This document shows, piece by piece, positions 31,875-41,145 of a stretch of 64,000 nucleotides of DNA. The notes under the pieces are model-generated. The model ran no database searches. It had not been told where the DNA came from and saw only the letters and a program-made list of their open reading frames with translations. The stretch's first letter is position 1, and every line of letters begins with the position of its first letter. The DNA is taken from positions 2,523 through 66,522 of the forward strand of contig CAWEKQ010000047.1 in the NCBI GenBank assembly GCA_963809655.1. Direction: 5' to 3'. The translations under genes were made by a program, and so were the position numbers. The DNA comes from Terriglobia bacterium. Its GTDB lineage: Bacteria; Acidobacteriota; Terriglobia; Bryobacterales; Bryobacteraceae.

Positions 31875-33552
31875 CTAGGAGTGTGTCGGGAATAGATTAG
31901 CCGAGAGTGGGTCGGAGCCGAAAGATTTCTTGATCACGGACGGGAGTTTTTTTATCCTGGGTGAGTGAGCAAGAACTTCCGGACGTGCGATTTGGATCAA
32001 CCGTTTCTGCTGCGGCCATCCTTGCAGGACTGGTTGCCGGAGAATCATCTGGCCCGCTTCATCGCGGAGTTGGTGCCAGGGCTGGACCTGTCAAAGATCT
32101 ACGGCCATTACGGGCGGCGCGATGGGCGGGGGAAAGCGGCGTATCACCCGATCATGATGGTGCGGCTGCTGCTTTACGGCTACTGCGTGGGCGTCGTGAG
32201 TTCGCGGCGCATGGAACATGCCAGCTACGGCGACATAGCCTTTCGCTACCTTTGCGCGGACCAGCACCCGGATCACGACACGATCTCCGAGTTCCGTCGG
32301 CTGCACCTGCCGGTATTGGCGCAGTTGTTCACGCAGGTACTTCAGTTATGCGATAAAGCCGGGCTGGTGAAGTTGGGGCACGTGGCGATCGACGGCAGCA
32401 AGTTTCAAGCCAACGCCAGTAAGCATAAAGCCATGAGCTATAACCGCATGGAGGAGAAAGAGAAACAACTCAGGGCGGAAGTGGAAAAGCTGCTGGCGCA
32501 GGCGGAAGCAACCGATGCCGCCGAGGACGCTCTGTATGGCAAAGGAAATCGGGGAGACGATCTGACCGGCGAAATGGCGCGGAGAGAGAGTCGTCTGAAG
32601 AAGATCGCCGCGGCCAAAGCCGGGCTGGAACAGGAGGCGCGGGAGCGTGCCGAGGCGGCAAAGAAAGCGGCAGAAGAAAAGCTTGCGGAGCGTCGCCAAA
32701 GGGAAGAGGCGCGAGGCAAGAAGTTCGGAGGCCATGCACCTCAGGTGCCCGATCCCGAACAAGCCCGGCCAGGGCCAACGGCGCAACGCAACTTCACCGA
32801 TCCGGAAAGCCGGATCATGCCGGATGGCGGGCGCAAAGGAAGCTTTGTGCAGGCGTACAATGCGCAGATCGCAGTGGACAGTGCACAACAAATCATCGTG
32901 GCCGCGGAGATCACTCAGGAGAGTAACGACAAGCAGCAACTGGCTCCCATGCTGGAGCGGGTGGCACAAAATATGGGCGCTAAACCGCAGGCCGCTACCG
33001 CCGACACGGGCTCCTTCAGCGAGAGCCAGGTTACCGATGAACGGGTCAACGGTATCGAGTTATATGTGGCCATCGGAAAACAGAAGCACGGCGAGGATCA
33101 ACCATCCGGCGTGATTGAACCCGGCGATCTTTCCGTGCCTTCGGGGGACGCTGATTCGGCCAAAGAAAGAATGAAGCAGAGACTGAAAACCGAAGCCGGT
33201 CAGGCTCTGTATAAAATGCGCAAAGCGATCGTGGAACCGGTCTTCGGGCAGATTAAAGCCGCGCGGCGTATCCGGAATTTTCTGCTACGCGGGCTGGCGA
33301 AAGCCGGCGCGGAATGGAAGCTGATCTGCGCCACGCACAATCTGCTCAAGCTGTTTCGTTCCGGCTATCGTCCGCAGACGGCCTGATTGCTTAAAAACAG
33401 TCATCACTTTGCAAGCAAACCGGAACGCGTAGTCGTTCCGCAAGCCGCTTGCGTTGCCTCACCCGCCGAACAGCCCACCCTCATGCTGTCCCGAGCGGGA
33501 TTTCCAGTTCTCAACAGATCCCGTCGGCTTTTTCATCCCGACACACTCCTAG
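31875..33552 (+). mobile_element. IS1182-family (IS5-like) insertion sequence, complete copy
   Basis: 17-bp perfect inverted ends: ctaggagtgtgtcggga (31875-31891) and tcccgacacactcctag (33536-33552). The outer CTAG could equally be a 4-bp palindromic target duplication. One intact transposase lies inside. Confidence 0.85.
31965..33386 (+). CDS. IS1182-family DDE transposase
   Basis: 473-aa intact ORF. N-terminus LPENHLARFI..YHPIMMVRLLLYGYCVGVVSSRRME, then GHVAIDGSKFQANAS, a charged coiled linker, YNAQIAVD and a C-terminal RGLAKAGAEWKLICATHNLLKLF. Confidence 0.88.
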   Translation: MSKNFRTCDLDQPFLLRPSLQDWLPENHLARFIAELVPGLDLSKIYGHYGRRDGRGKAAYHPIMMVRLLLYGYCVGVVSSRRMEHASYGDIAFRYLCADQHPDHDTISEFRRLHLPVLAQLFTQVLQLCDKAGLVKLGHVAIDGSKFQANASKHKAMSYNRMEEKEKQLRAEVEKLLAQAEATDAAEDALYGKGNRGDDLTGEMARRESRLKKIAAAKAGLEQEARERAEAAKKAAEEKLAERRQREEARGKKFGGHAPQVPDPEQARPGPTAQRNFTDPESRIMPDGGRKGSFVQAYNAQIAVDSAQQIIVAAEITQESNDKQQLAPMLERVAQNMGAKPQAATADTGSFSESQVTDERVNGIELYVAIGKQKHGEDQPSGVIEPGDLSVPSGDADSAKERMKQRLKTEAGQALYKMRKAIVEPVFGQIKAARRIRNFLLRGLAKAGAEWKLICATHNLLKLFRSGYRPQTA

Positions 33553-34767
33553 ACCTGTACTGACGAAATCAGCTGATCGAGAGCCGCCGTCTGCCGCGAT
33601 GCTTCGAACGTCTCCTCGAACCACGGGCTGGGCGCCACGGGTTCGTGGCCCAGTTTTCCGCAGAATTCCAGAAATCGGCGATCGATTTCCGCCGGAGATT
33701 GCTCGGGATAAATACAGTTGTAAGGCACACCCGCGCGTTCGAGAATGCGTTCCACCGGCGAGCCGGGCACTACGTAAGCGAATATCGGCCGGCCCATGCG
33801 AAGATATTCAAACAGTTTTCCCGGTACCTGCACGGCCGTATGCGGCTGTATCAGCAAGAGGCCATCGGACTCGATTGCGATCGCGCGCGCGGCGGCAGCC
33901 GGCACAGGTTCGCGCATCTCGAACCATCCGCCGAATTGCGCCCGTTTCCGGAAGGATTCGTCGGGCAGATCGGCAGGGTCGGCAGCGCCCACCTGCAGCA
34001 CCCTGATGGCGCCCACTGGTATCTCTCCGTTTTCCATCAGTCTCTCCAGCGAATGGATGATCGGCCGGATGTCCCGGCCACCGTAGAGTTCACCGACATG
34101 GCTCAATACTTTGCATTCGCGTTCGGGCAGCGGCTGCGGCCGGATCTCATCCTCCGGATCGAAGCCATTCCATAGAACATGAATTCTGTCCGCAACCTCG
34201 GGATACTGGGTCGGCCCAGACATCCCGCATCGAGTCCGTGTTGGCGAGTACGAGACGGGACGACTTCAGGATGCTGTGCTGGAGCGGCGGCCCCACAAAC
34301 TTCTGAAACACGGCCATCTCAGCAGACGGGCTGTGGATCGGATCGCGAAAATCGGCGATCCAGGGCCGGCCGGAATACCGGCTCAACCGCCACGCTGCCA
34401 GGTGCGTGCCCACAGGAGGGCCGATCGAAAGAATCGTTACTTTGTCAGCCTTGGTGTTGTTCAGGAAGGATCGGCCTGCGCGCCAGGCGGCCTCGGACCA
34501 TCCCAGATCCAGTTCGGCTCGAAGCAGGAACTTCCAGCCCACACGTTCCGCCTGCCAGGCAAGACCCTGCCGGGGATGCGTTTTCAGAGGGTCGGGCACG
34601 TATTCGACATCGGGCGCGGCGCCAGGTTCCTGCCGCGCCGCTGTGATGACATGGCATTCATACCCCAGGCGCTTCAGGTATTTGTAGAACCGGAACGGCC
34701 TCGCGCCTCCGATGGCGTTGTCCGGAGGAAAGTGGTACGCGATCAACAGGACGGTGCGTCGGGTCAT
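33549..34767 (-). pseudogene. Glycosyltransferase (GT4-like), one frameshift near 34150-34220
   Basis: ORFs 34147..34767 (MTRRTVLLIAYHFPPDNAIGGARPF) and 33549..34223 (..HVGELYGGRD..GKLFEYLRMGRPIFAYV). The stop TAG is part of the CTAG at the IS1182 right end. Confidence 0.75.
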
Positions 34768-35854
34768 TCGCGATCGAGGAAATACTTCCGCAGCACCACG
34801 CGCGCACGTTCACCCGCACGCCCGTCCCACAGGGGAGGGATTTGCCCCTTCTTCGGTTCGATCGCCGATTCCTTCCACGCTTTCAGGATCGATTGCCTGC
34901 TCGTGCCGGCGAGACGATTGGTGCCGCATTCGATGGTCACGGGGCGTTCGGTGTTTTCCCGGATCGTCAGACAGGGAACGCCGAGCACGGTGGTTTCTTC
35001 CTGAATTCCGCCGGAATCCGTCAGAACCACCGCGGCCTGGGCCTGCAGGCAGAGAAAGTCCAGGTAGCCGAGAGGATCGATCAGGTGAACGTTTTCCCGA
35101 TTGATCGCCGCGGCGTTAAGCGTGTTGCGCGTGCGCGGATGAACCGGCCAGTACAAGGGAACTTCTCTCGAAATTTCGTTGAGCGCGCCCATGATCTCTG
35201 CCAGTTGATCCGCGTTGTCGACGTTCGCCGGGCGGTGAAGCGTTACCAGACCGTACCGATCCTCGGCGATCAGGCGTTGCCGCGCATCTGACTTCAGAGC
35301 CGCGGCCAGATGGCTGCGGAGCGAATCGATCATCAGATTCCCGACCATGTGAATACGAGCCCGGCGCCACGCCTTCAGTGCAGGAGATTCGCCCGGCCGC
35401 TTTCTTCGGTGACGAGAAAGAGATCGGCGATGGCATCGGTGGCGACGCGATTGATCTCTTCCGGCATGGTGCGATCGAAACTCCGCAACCCGGCTTCCAC
35501 GTGCACGACGGCGATTCCGAGTTTGCTGGCAGCCAGCGCCCCCGCGATGGTCGAATTCACGTCGCCCACCACGATCACGCCGGCAGGCGATTCCTTCAGC
35601 AATACCGGCTCGATCCGTTTCAGAATTTCAGCCGTCTGCTGTGCGTGCGATCCGGACCCGGCCTCGAGATGGTACGCCGGCGCCGGCAGACCGAGATCCT
35701 GAAAGAACTGACCCGACATCGCATAATCGTAGTGTTGACCCGTGTGAACCAGTATCAGGGCGATGTCCTGATCTCCGCCAAACGCGGCGAACAGCGGCGC
35801 CACCTTCATGAAGTTCGGGCGGGCTCCGGCTACAACGATCAGTTTCACCGGCAT
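34764..35854 (-). pseudogene. wecB: UDP-N-acetylglucosamine 2-epimerase (non-hydrolysing), two close frameshifts near 35345-35375
   Basis: ORF 35375..36001 with start MPVKLIVVAGARPNFMKVAP at 35854 (..HTGQHYD..VVGDVNST..HVEAGLRSFDRTMPEEINR). ORF 34764..35348 (MVGNLMIDSL...TDSGGIQEETTVLGVPCLTIRENTERP). Confidence 0.88.
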
Positions 35855-35866
35855 GGCTCGTAACAG

Positions 35867-36814
35867 ATGAGAAATACGCTGAAGAAAGCAGTCCTGAGCT
35901 CGTTTCGCGCAACCGGTGTTTTTTCCGCGTCGACCAGCCTGCGCCGTGCCAATACACTCGTCATCCTCTGCTATCATGGCATCTCGCTTCGGGACGAGCA
36001 CGAGTGGGAGGGCGGCCTCTACATTACGCCTGCATTCTTTCGACGCCGGCTTGAGTTTCTGCGCAACTGGAACGCAAACGTCCTGCCGCTCGCCGAAGGC
36101 CTTGAGCGTTTGCGCGAGGGGTCACTGCCTCCGCGCAGCGTGGTCCTCACTTTCGATGACGGCTTTTACGATTTCTATCTCCACGCCTTTCCTGCGCTCC
36201 GCGATTTCGGTTACCCCTGCACGGTTTACCTTACGACCTGGTATACCCGCTACCGTCTGCCGATCTTCAACCTGCTCATGAATTACCTGCTGTGGAAACG
36301 CGGGGACGGCAGCGAGGAAAGGACGAAGGCCGTAGACGAATATATGGCCCGGGTCGCAGCCGAAGGCCTGGACGCTGAGTCGACGGATCTCATCGCCCGC
36401 GGTCTCGCCGAGGAACTGGGTATCGACTACGACGGCATTCTCCGCGATCGGCTGTTTCAGATCATGTCGAGCGAGGAAGTCGCGGCGGTCGCGGCTGCGG
36501 GTATCGATATCCAGTTGCACACGCACCGCCACCGCACGCCGTCCGATCGCGATCTGTTCCTTCGCGAGATTCGCGACAATGCCCGGGTTATCGAAGAGAT
36601 GACAGGCCGCGCGCCGCGCCATTTCTGTTATCCGAGCGGTGTGACGTCCGCGGCATTCCTGCCCTGGCTGAAAGAGTCCGGCGTCGAAAGCGCGACAACC
36701 TGTGTGCACGGACTGGCCACCCCGCAGTCCGATCCGCTGCTCCTGCCTCGCTACCTCGATGGTTGCGGAGTAACGGAGCTGGATTTTGAGAGCTGGTTGT
36801 CGGGTATGCGCTGA
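35867..36814 (+). CDS. Polysaccharide deacetylase (NodB-homology) family protein
   Basis: VVLTFDDGFYDFYLHAFPALRDFGYPCTVYL and IQLHTHRH motifs. Intact 315-aa ORF. Confidence 0.85.
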   Translation: MRNTLKKAVLSSFRATGVFSASTSLRRANTLVILCYHGISLRDEHEWEGGLYITPAFFRRRLEFLRNWNANVLPLAEGLERLREGSLPPRSVVLTFDDGFYDFYLHAFPALRDFGYPCTVYLTTWYTRYRLPIFNLLMNYLLWKRGDGSEERTKAVDEYMARVAAEGLDAESTDLIARGLAEELGIDYDGILRDRLFQIMSSEEVAAVAAAGIDIQLHTHRHRTPSDRDLFLREIRDNARVIEEMTGRAPRHFCYPSGVTSAAFLPWLKESGVESATTCVHGLATPQSDPLLLPRYLDGCGVTELDFESWLSGMR

Positions 36815-36828
36815 TCGCAAGGCTTAGC

Positions 36829-37686
36829 TTACACAACGCGAAGTTTGTTGCCCAGCCGGATCCATTTCCTCTGCAACAGGCGCTGCCAGTTCTCGATCAT
36901 CTCCGCCGCATTTTCGCGGGTGAACGAGAACTCACCCTTGCGGGCGGCAAAGGGCAGGGAACAGTTCTCGTTACGCACGATACCGAACGGAGCGTAGTCT
37001 TCCCCGAAAATCCGCACACTCTTAAATCCGGCTGCGATGAAGAGATTGCGCAGGCCGGCTTCGGAAAACTCTCGCATTTCGAGCGTCGCGCCCTGCCCGC
37101 CATGAAAGATCAGGTTCTCGAAGACCTGTACCTGGCCCTCGCGCGTGCGGTTCACCAGCACCATTTGTTCGCCGAGTTGTGCCACGGTGTGTTCGTGCAG
37201 GTCGGGAAAGTGCTCCACGGTAGTGGCTTCGAGCGAGTAGGGTGCGGTGAAGATCATTACGCCATTCGGCTTGAGTAGCCGCCAGGCGTTTCGAAATGCT
37301 GCTTCAACCGGAGGAACCACGTGCTCGAAAACTTCACTCGAGATCAGAAAATCATAGCTCCCGGATTCGCCCACACCCGGATCGCCGATGTCGAACTTCG
37401 GCGCGCGATGAAACTGGGTATTTGTGTAGTCGAACTTTTCCCGCAAGATCGCAGCGTAGGACTCGGAATCGCTGGTACCGAGGCCCCGCAGGCTTTTCAG
37501 GCGGGGAAAGGAATAAAGCGGCACACTCGCACCGAAGAGTTCCTCCGAAAGCGCCCGCAGCAAGCCTCGGGTGCGCACGTTCGACCCGCACCGGGAACAC
37601 GTCGGCTTCTCCTGGGCAGGCGGCCCGTTCAGCCGGTTCTTGCCGCCGCAGAGATTGCAGGTGAAGGTCGCTTTGTTTTCCTCTAC
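36829..37686 (-). CDS. Class I SAM-dependent methyltransferase with N-terminal CxxC..CxxC zinc ribbon; no canonical start codon for the ribbon
   Basis: ORF 36829..37578 (YDFLISSEVFEHV, LKPNGVMIFTAPY). The same frame stays open upstream to about 37701 and encodes EENKATFTCNLCGGKNRLNGPPAQEKPTCSRCGSNV, but holds no ATG/GTG/TTG there. Confidence 0.7.
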   Translation of the reverse strand, partial: VEENKATFTCNLCGGKNRLNGPPAQEKPTCSRCGSNVRTRGLLRALSEELFGASVPLYSFPRLKSLRGLGTSDSESYAAILREKFDYTNTQFHRAPKFDIGDPGVGESGSYDFLISSEVFEHVVPPVEAAFRNAWRLLKPNGVMIFTAPYSLEATTVEHFPDLHEHTVAQLGEQMVLVNRTREGQVQVFENLIFHGGQGATLEMREFSEAGLRNLFIAAGFKSVRIFGEDYAPFGIVRNENCSLPFAARKGEFSFTRENAAEMIENWQRLLQRKWIRLGNKLRVV

Positions 37687-37690
37687 GGAT

Positions 37691-38502
37691 CTATTGCACT
37701 GCTTCGATCAGAGACTTGACCTCGGCGCTCGAGCAGTTGAGCTCCATGATCTGATCGAATGGCGCGAGCACGAGAGTCTGTTTGGGAACGACCCAGGGCT
37801 TGGTCAGGACCTTCGGATCTTCGAGCGTCGCTTCGATTTCGAGCGTATTGGCATCCACCCGCCGATAACGTTCCACGATGTGCAGTTCGTCCGAATGGAA
37901 CGAGACCCGGCCTTCCGCCGAGATCCAGGTATTATCCGTGAAGTTCGTCTTGTCGACCACCAGGGTATCGCCGTCCCAATGCCCGACAGCATCGCCGCGC
38001 CACGAAGGAATGATGTTTTCGCGATGCGGCCTGCCATCGGTCGGGACGATCTGAAATCCGTGATACGTCTCCGTAAGCATGATGACGAACTTAGGCGTCT
38101 GTACGATCTGGCCGACTGCGCCAACGTCAAACATGCCCACGTTCAAAGTGCCGAACGCTGTCGGAACACATCCCAGGGACGGGTCATCCTTGTCCTTCAT
38201 TGTCTTCGCTTTTGCCTGCGCGGCCGGTGTATACAAACCGGCAAAAGTGGGCGGCGGAGTTGCCGCCGGACCTCTTCCCGCGCCTCGGCCGCCACCGCGC
38301 CCGCCGCCGTAACCCCGTCCGCCGACATCGCCACCGGTCCACCACACTCCCGAGAGATCCGGATGGCCATCCGCCGTCCGCGGGGCCGGGGCTGACGAGT
38401 CGCCTTTGGGGCGCTCGTCGCCTGCGCCGCGAGAGGAGTCGGAGCTGCCACTGACCACACCAGCATTCCGGCGATTGCCGTCGTAAGAATTGGGTATTTC
38501 AT
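37691..38502 (-). pseudogene. Secreted protein of unknown function with Gly/Arg-rich linker, one frameshift after the signal peptide
   Basis: Signal peptide MKYPILTTAIAGMLVWSVAAPTPLAAQ lies in 38197..38502. The body is in 37691..38554 (..GGRGYGGGRGGGRG..VQTPKFVIMLTETYHGFQIVPTDGRPH..WDGDTLVVDKTNF). Confidence 0.55.
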
Positions 38503-38510
38503 GCTGGCGC

Positions 38511-38899
38511 CTACTTGGTTTCCTGTGGCCCGAACATCCCGAACGTCTGCCCATCGGCGGTGGTGAGTTGGCTCAGCATCCCGCGTTTCTTCGACACATC
38601 ACGGGCGCGGAAGCCCTTGATGGTCACCTCGACCCCTGCTTTGATTACTTTCGGTTTATAGCCGTTTCTGAGCATTCCGCTCGGCGTCCCGGCCTCGAAA
38701 GCCCACTCCTCAGTCTTTCCGCTCGAGTCCTTCACGTCCAGATAAAACCATGAATGCGGATTCTCCAGCAGAACTTTGGTGATGGTGCCGTGAACCGTGA
38801 TCGGCTGGTTCATGTCATACGCCGCGACGAACGCATGGTGTGCCCAGCAGAGGAACCGCAGACATCACCACGCAAAAAGCGAAGAGCTCTTCGTTTCAT
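38511..38899 (-). pseudogene. DUF6152-like small secreted protein, N-terminal frameshifts
   Basis: ORF 38511..38813 (MNQPITVHGTITKVLLENPHSWFYLDVKD..). Upstream MKRRALRF.. (ATG at 38899) has hydrophobic and HAFVAAYD segments only in shifted frames. The family name is from memory. Confidence 0.5.
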
Positions 38900-38918
38900 A
38901 CCACCCCCGCTGGAGATT

Positions 38919-39734
38919 CTATCGCGCCTGGCCGTCATAGGGCCAGCCTGTGCCTTTCGTGCCTGGCCCGTCCACGGCCTGAATCAGTTCAATCTTTCCG
39001 TCTTTATTGAATTTGAAGATGTGTACGTCCAGCCAGTCGTCGCGGAAGTTCGTGATGGCGGCGGTAACGCCGAGTTCGACGTCGGTCACCGGAAAGCGCC
39101 GTCGCGGATGGGTCATCACCGAGTCTTTCCACGAGCAATCACCCTTCGGTGTCGTAAACGTGCCGTTCTCCCAGCGGCTGCAGGGCGTTGCGAAACCAGG
39201 GTCGACGGCGTGGTTTTCAAACATCACGTAGTATTTGTCGGCCTGTCCGTTAAGAAACTCGCGGGTGCGCCGCTGTGCAGCAGGCATCAGGGTGGTCCAA
39301 TCCTGATCCTTCGTGTCGAGGACACCTTGCGGCTTGAATGCGAAATCTCCGGTGCGTGCAATAACCGTCTCGATCTCGCTGACTTTTCCGGAATCCGTCT
39401 TCAGCCGTACCGCCATGAGCACCGGACCGCTCTTACCGGCCGCGGTTTCGTCCACCACGGCCTGGGTAAGAGTGCTGCAGCGCCCCGTATCCACGATCGT
39501 GCGCTGCAACTGCGCCTTGCCGCCGGTCTTGAAGAAACCTTCACCGGGCTTTATCTCAACGGCGTTTTCGGTGATGCGCACGTTCGCCGTCGTTGGCAGC
39601 GCTGACATGGTGTGTGTCTCGACTGCCCTGAAGTAATTCGCGGCCATTGCCTTCATAGCATCGCGCGTGCAATCCTGGGCTTGCGCGGAGGTCGCCAAAG
39701 CTACCGTCGCGACGGCCACAATCAATGTCTTCAT
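38919..39734 (-). CDS. Secreted hypothetical protein (NTF2/SnoaL-like look)
   Basis: In ORF 38919..39827 the start MKTLIVAVATVALATSAQA at 39734 gives a clean signal peptide. Intact. No family confidently recognised. Confidence 0.6.
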   Translation of the reverse strand: MKTLIVAVATVALATSAQAQDCTRDAMKAMAANYFRAVETHTMSALPTTANVRITENAVEIKPGEGFFKTGGKAQLQRTIVDTGRCSTLTQAVVDETAAGKSGPVLMAVRLKTDSGKVSEIETVIARTGDFAFKPQGVLDTKDQDWTTLMPAAQRRTREFLNGQADKYYVMFENHAVDPGFATPCSRWENGTFTTPKGDCSWKDSVMTHPRRRFPVTDVELGVTAAITNFRDDWLDVHIFKFNKDGKIELIQAVDGPGTKGTGWPYDGQAR

Positions 39735-39801
39735 GGTGTCTCTGATCCTGTCGGGGTATTTTACACCAGAAGGCGCCTGGCAAATGCCGCGTTCGCGCGG
39801 C

Positions 39802-39835
39802 TTGACAACTGTGGTGATATATATCACTATATCAC
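39802..39835 (+). promoter_or_regulatory. Candidate promoter plus YtrA-type operator: TTGACA and perfect 14-bp palindrome GTGATATATATCAC with an extra half-site
   Basis: TTGACA at 39802-39807. Palindrome at 39814-39827. Repeated ATATCAC at 39829-39835. The GntR ATG is at 39842 with no Shine-Dalgarno between. Confidence 0.55.
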
Positions 39836-39841
39836 TGGCAA

Positions 39842-40258
39842 ATGCACATCCTCGTCAGTTCCGCCGACGAGCTTCCCATCTACCGCCAGATCATGCGGCA
39901 GATCCAGGAGGCGATTGCGGGGGGAAGATTGAAGCCCGGCGATAAGCTGGCGTCACATCGCGAGCTGGCCGAACAGGCCGTAATCGCCCCGCTCACGGCC
40001 AAGAAGGCCTACGACGAACTCGAAGCCCTCGGCTTCATCGAGACGCAACGGGGGCGCGGGACATTCGTATGCACAAGGTTGCCACGGGTGGTTCCCGCGG
40101 ATCAGCGCGCCCGGGTGCGGGACGGCGCGCGCAAGTTGCTCGCCCAGGCCTATCTCGGCGGCATGGCCTTCGAAACCGTAGTGAAGATTTTGAAGGAAGC
40201 GGATGGCGATCTCGTGCGCGGTCGCGATAAGAGAGACAACAAACAGGAGGCCGTGTGA
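39842..40258 (+). CDS. GntR-family (YtrA-subfamily size) transcriptional regulator
   Basis: LPIYRQIMRQIQEAIAGGRLKPGDKLASHRELAEQAVIAPLTAKKAYDELEALGFIETQRGRGTFV winged-helix region. Short 138-aa protein followed by ABC genes. Confidence 0.88.
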   Translation: MHILVSSADELPIYRQIMRQIQEAIAGGRLKPGDKLASHRELAEQAVIAPLTAKKAYDELEALGFIETQRGRGTFVCTRLPRVVPADQRARVRDGARKLLAQAYLGGMAFETVVKILKEADGDLVRGRDKRDNKQEAV

Positions 40259-41145
40259 GCCCGATTCTGGAATTCGAAAATATTTCGAGATCGTTCAAGT
40301 CGGGCGCCCCCGTGCTCGATGGTGTCAGTTTCGTCATGAGCAAGGAAGAGGTAGTGGGCCTCGTGGGCCGCAACGGCGCGGGCAAGACAACCCTCCTGAG
40401 AATTGCCATGGGTATGCTGGCCCCTCACGCAGGACGTGCACGGGTATTCGGTCTCTCGCCTCTCGAAGATCCGGTCGAAGTGAAGAAGCGCATTGGCTAC
40501 GTAGCCGAGGACCAGGTGCTTCCCGCCAGTTCTTCCATCGCGGAATTGATTTCGTTCCACGCCTGGCTTTTTCCCCGGTGGGACCGCGGCCTTGAGCGCT
40601 ATTTGTTGGAACGTTTCGGACTCTCGACAAAATCGAAAATCAGGACCCTGAGCAAAGGACAGGCCCGTCAGATTGCCTTGCTGCTCGCGGCTTGCCATCG
40701 CCCCGAATTGCTGATTCTGGACGAACCTGCAGGCGGCCTCGACCCCGTCGCGCGCCGCGAGTTTCTGGAAGCCTCCATTCAACTCTTGAACCGGGAAGGC
40801 TCGGCGATTCTGTTCTCCTCGCACAATATGCAGGACATCGAGCGGATCGGCGCGCGCGTGGTCCTGCTGGACGAGGGCAAGGTCAGGTTGGACATGCAAA
40901 TCGACCGAATGCGCGAAGACGTTTGCGTGGTCGTGATCCCGAAAGCCTCGGTGGCCGGCGCTTCCGTACTGGAGCGGGTGCCGGGTTGCCTCAGCGTCCG
41001 CTCCGTGTTCGACGATTGGCATGCGGTCTTCGATGGGCCGCCCGACGTCGTCACTTCGCGGTTGAACGGAACGGTGGAGAATGGCCAGCTTCAGTGCGTT
41101 CGGGCGCCACTGGAGGAACTATTTGTGGAACTGGTGCGCAAATGA
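40255..41145 (+). CDS. ABC transporter ATP-binding protein
   Basis: Walker A GRNGAGKTT, signature LSKGQARQ, Walker B LLILDEPAGGLD. The start overlaps the GntR stop. Confidence 0.9.
   Translation: MSPILEFENISRSFKSGAPVLDGVSFVMSKEEVVGLVGRNGAGKTTLLRIAMGMLAPHAGRARVFGLSPLEDPVEVKKRIGYVAEDQVLPASSSIAELISFHAWLFPRWDRGLERYLLERFGLSTKSKIRTLSKGQARQIALLLAACHRPELLILDEPAGGLDPVARREFLEASIQLLNREGSAILFSSHNMQDIERIGARVVLLDEGKVRLDMQIDRMREDVCVVVIPKASVAGASVLERVPGCLSVRSVFDDWHAVFDGPPDVVTSRLNGTVENGQLQCVRAPLEELFVELVRK

Noticed and set aside
32346-32969. Minus-strand ORFs inside the IS1182 transposase (32346..32969, 32438..32719, 32470..32778).
   Set aside because: Low-complexity antisense translation of the charged coiled linker of the transposase, with no independent support.
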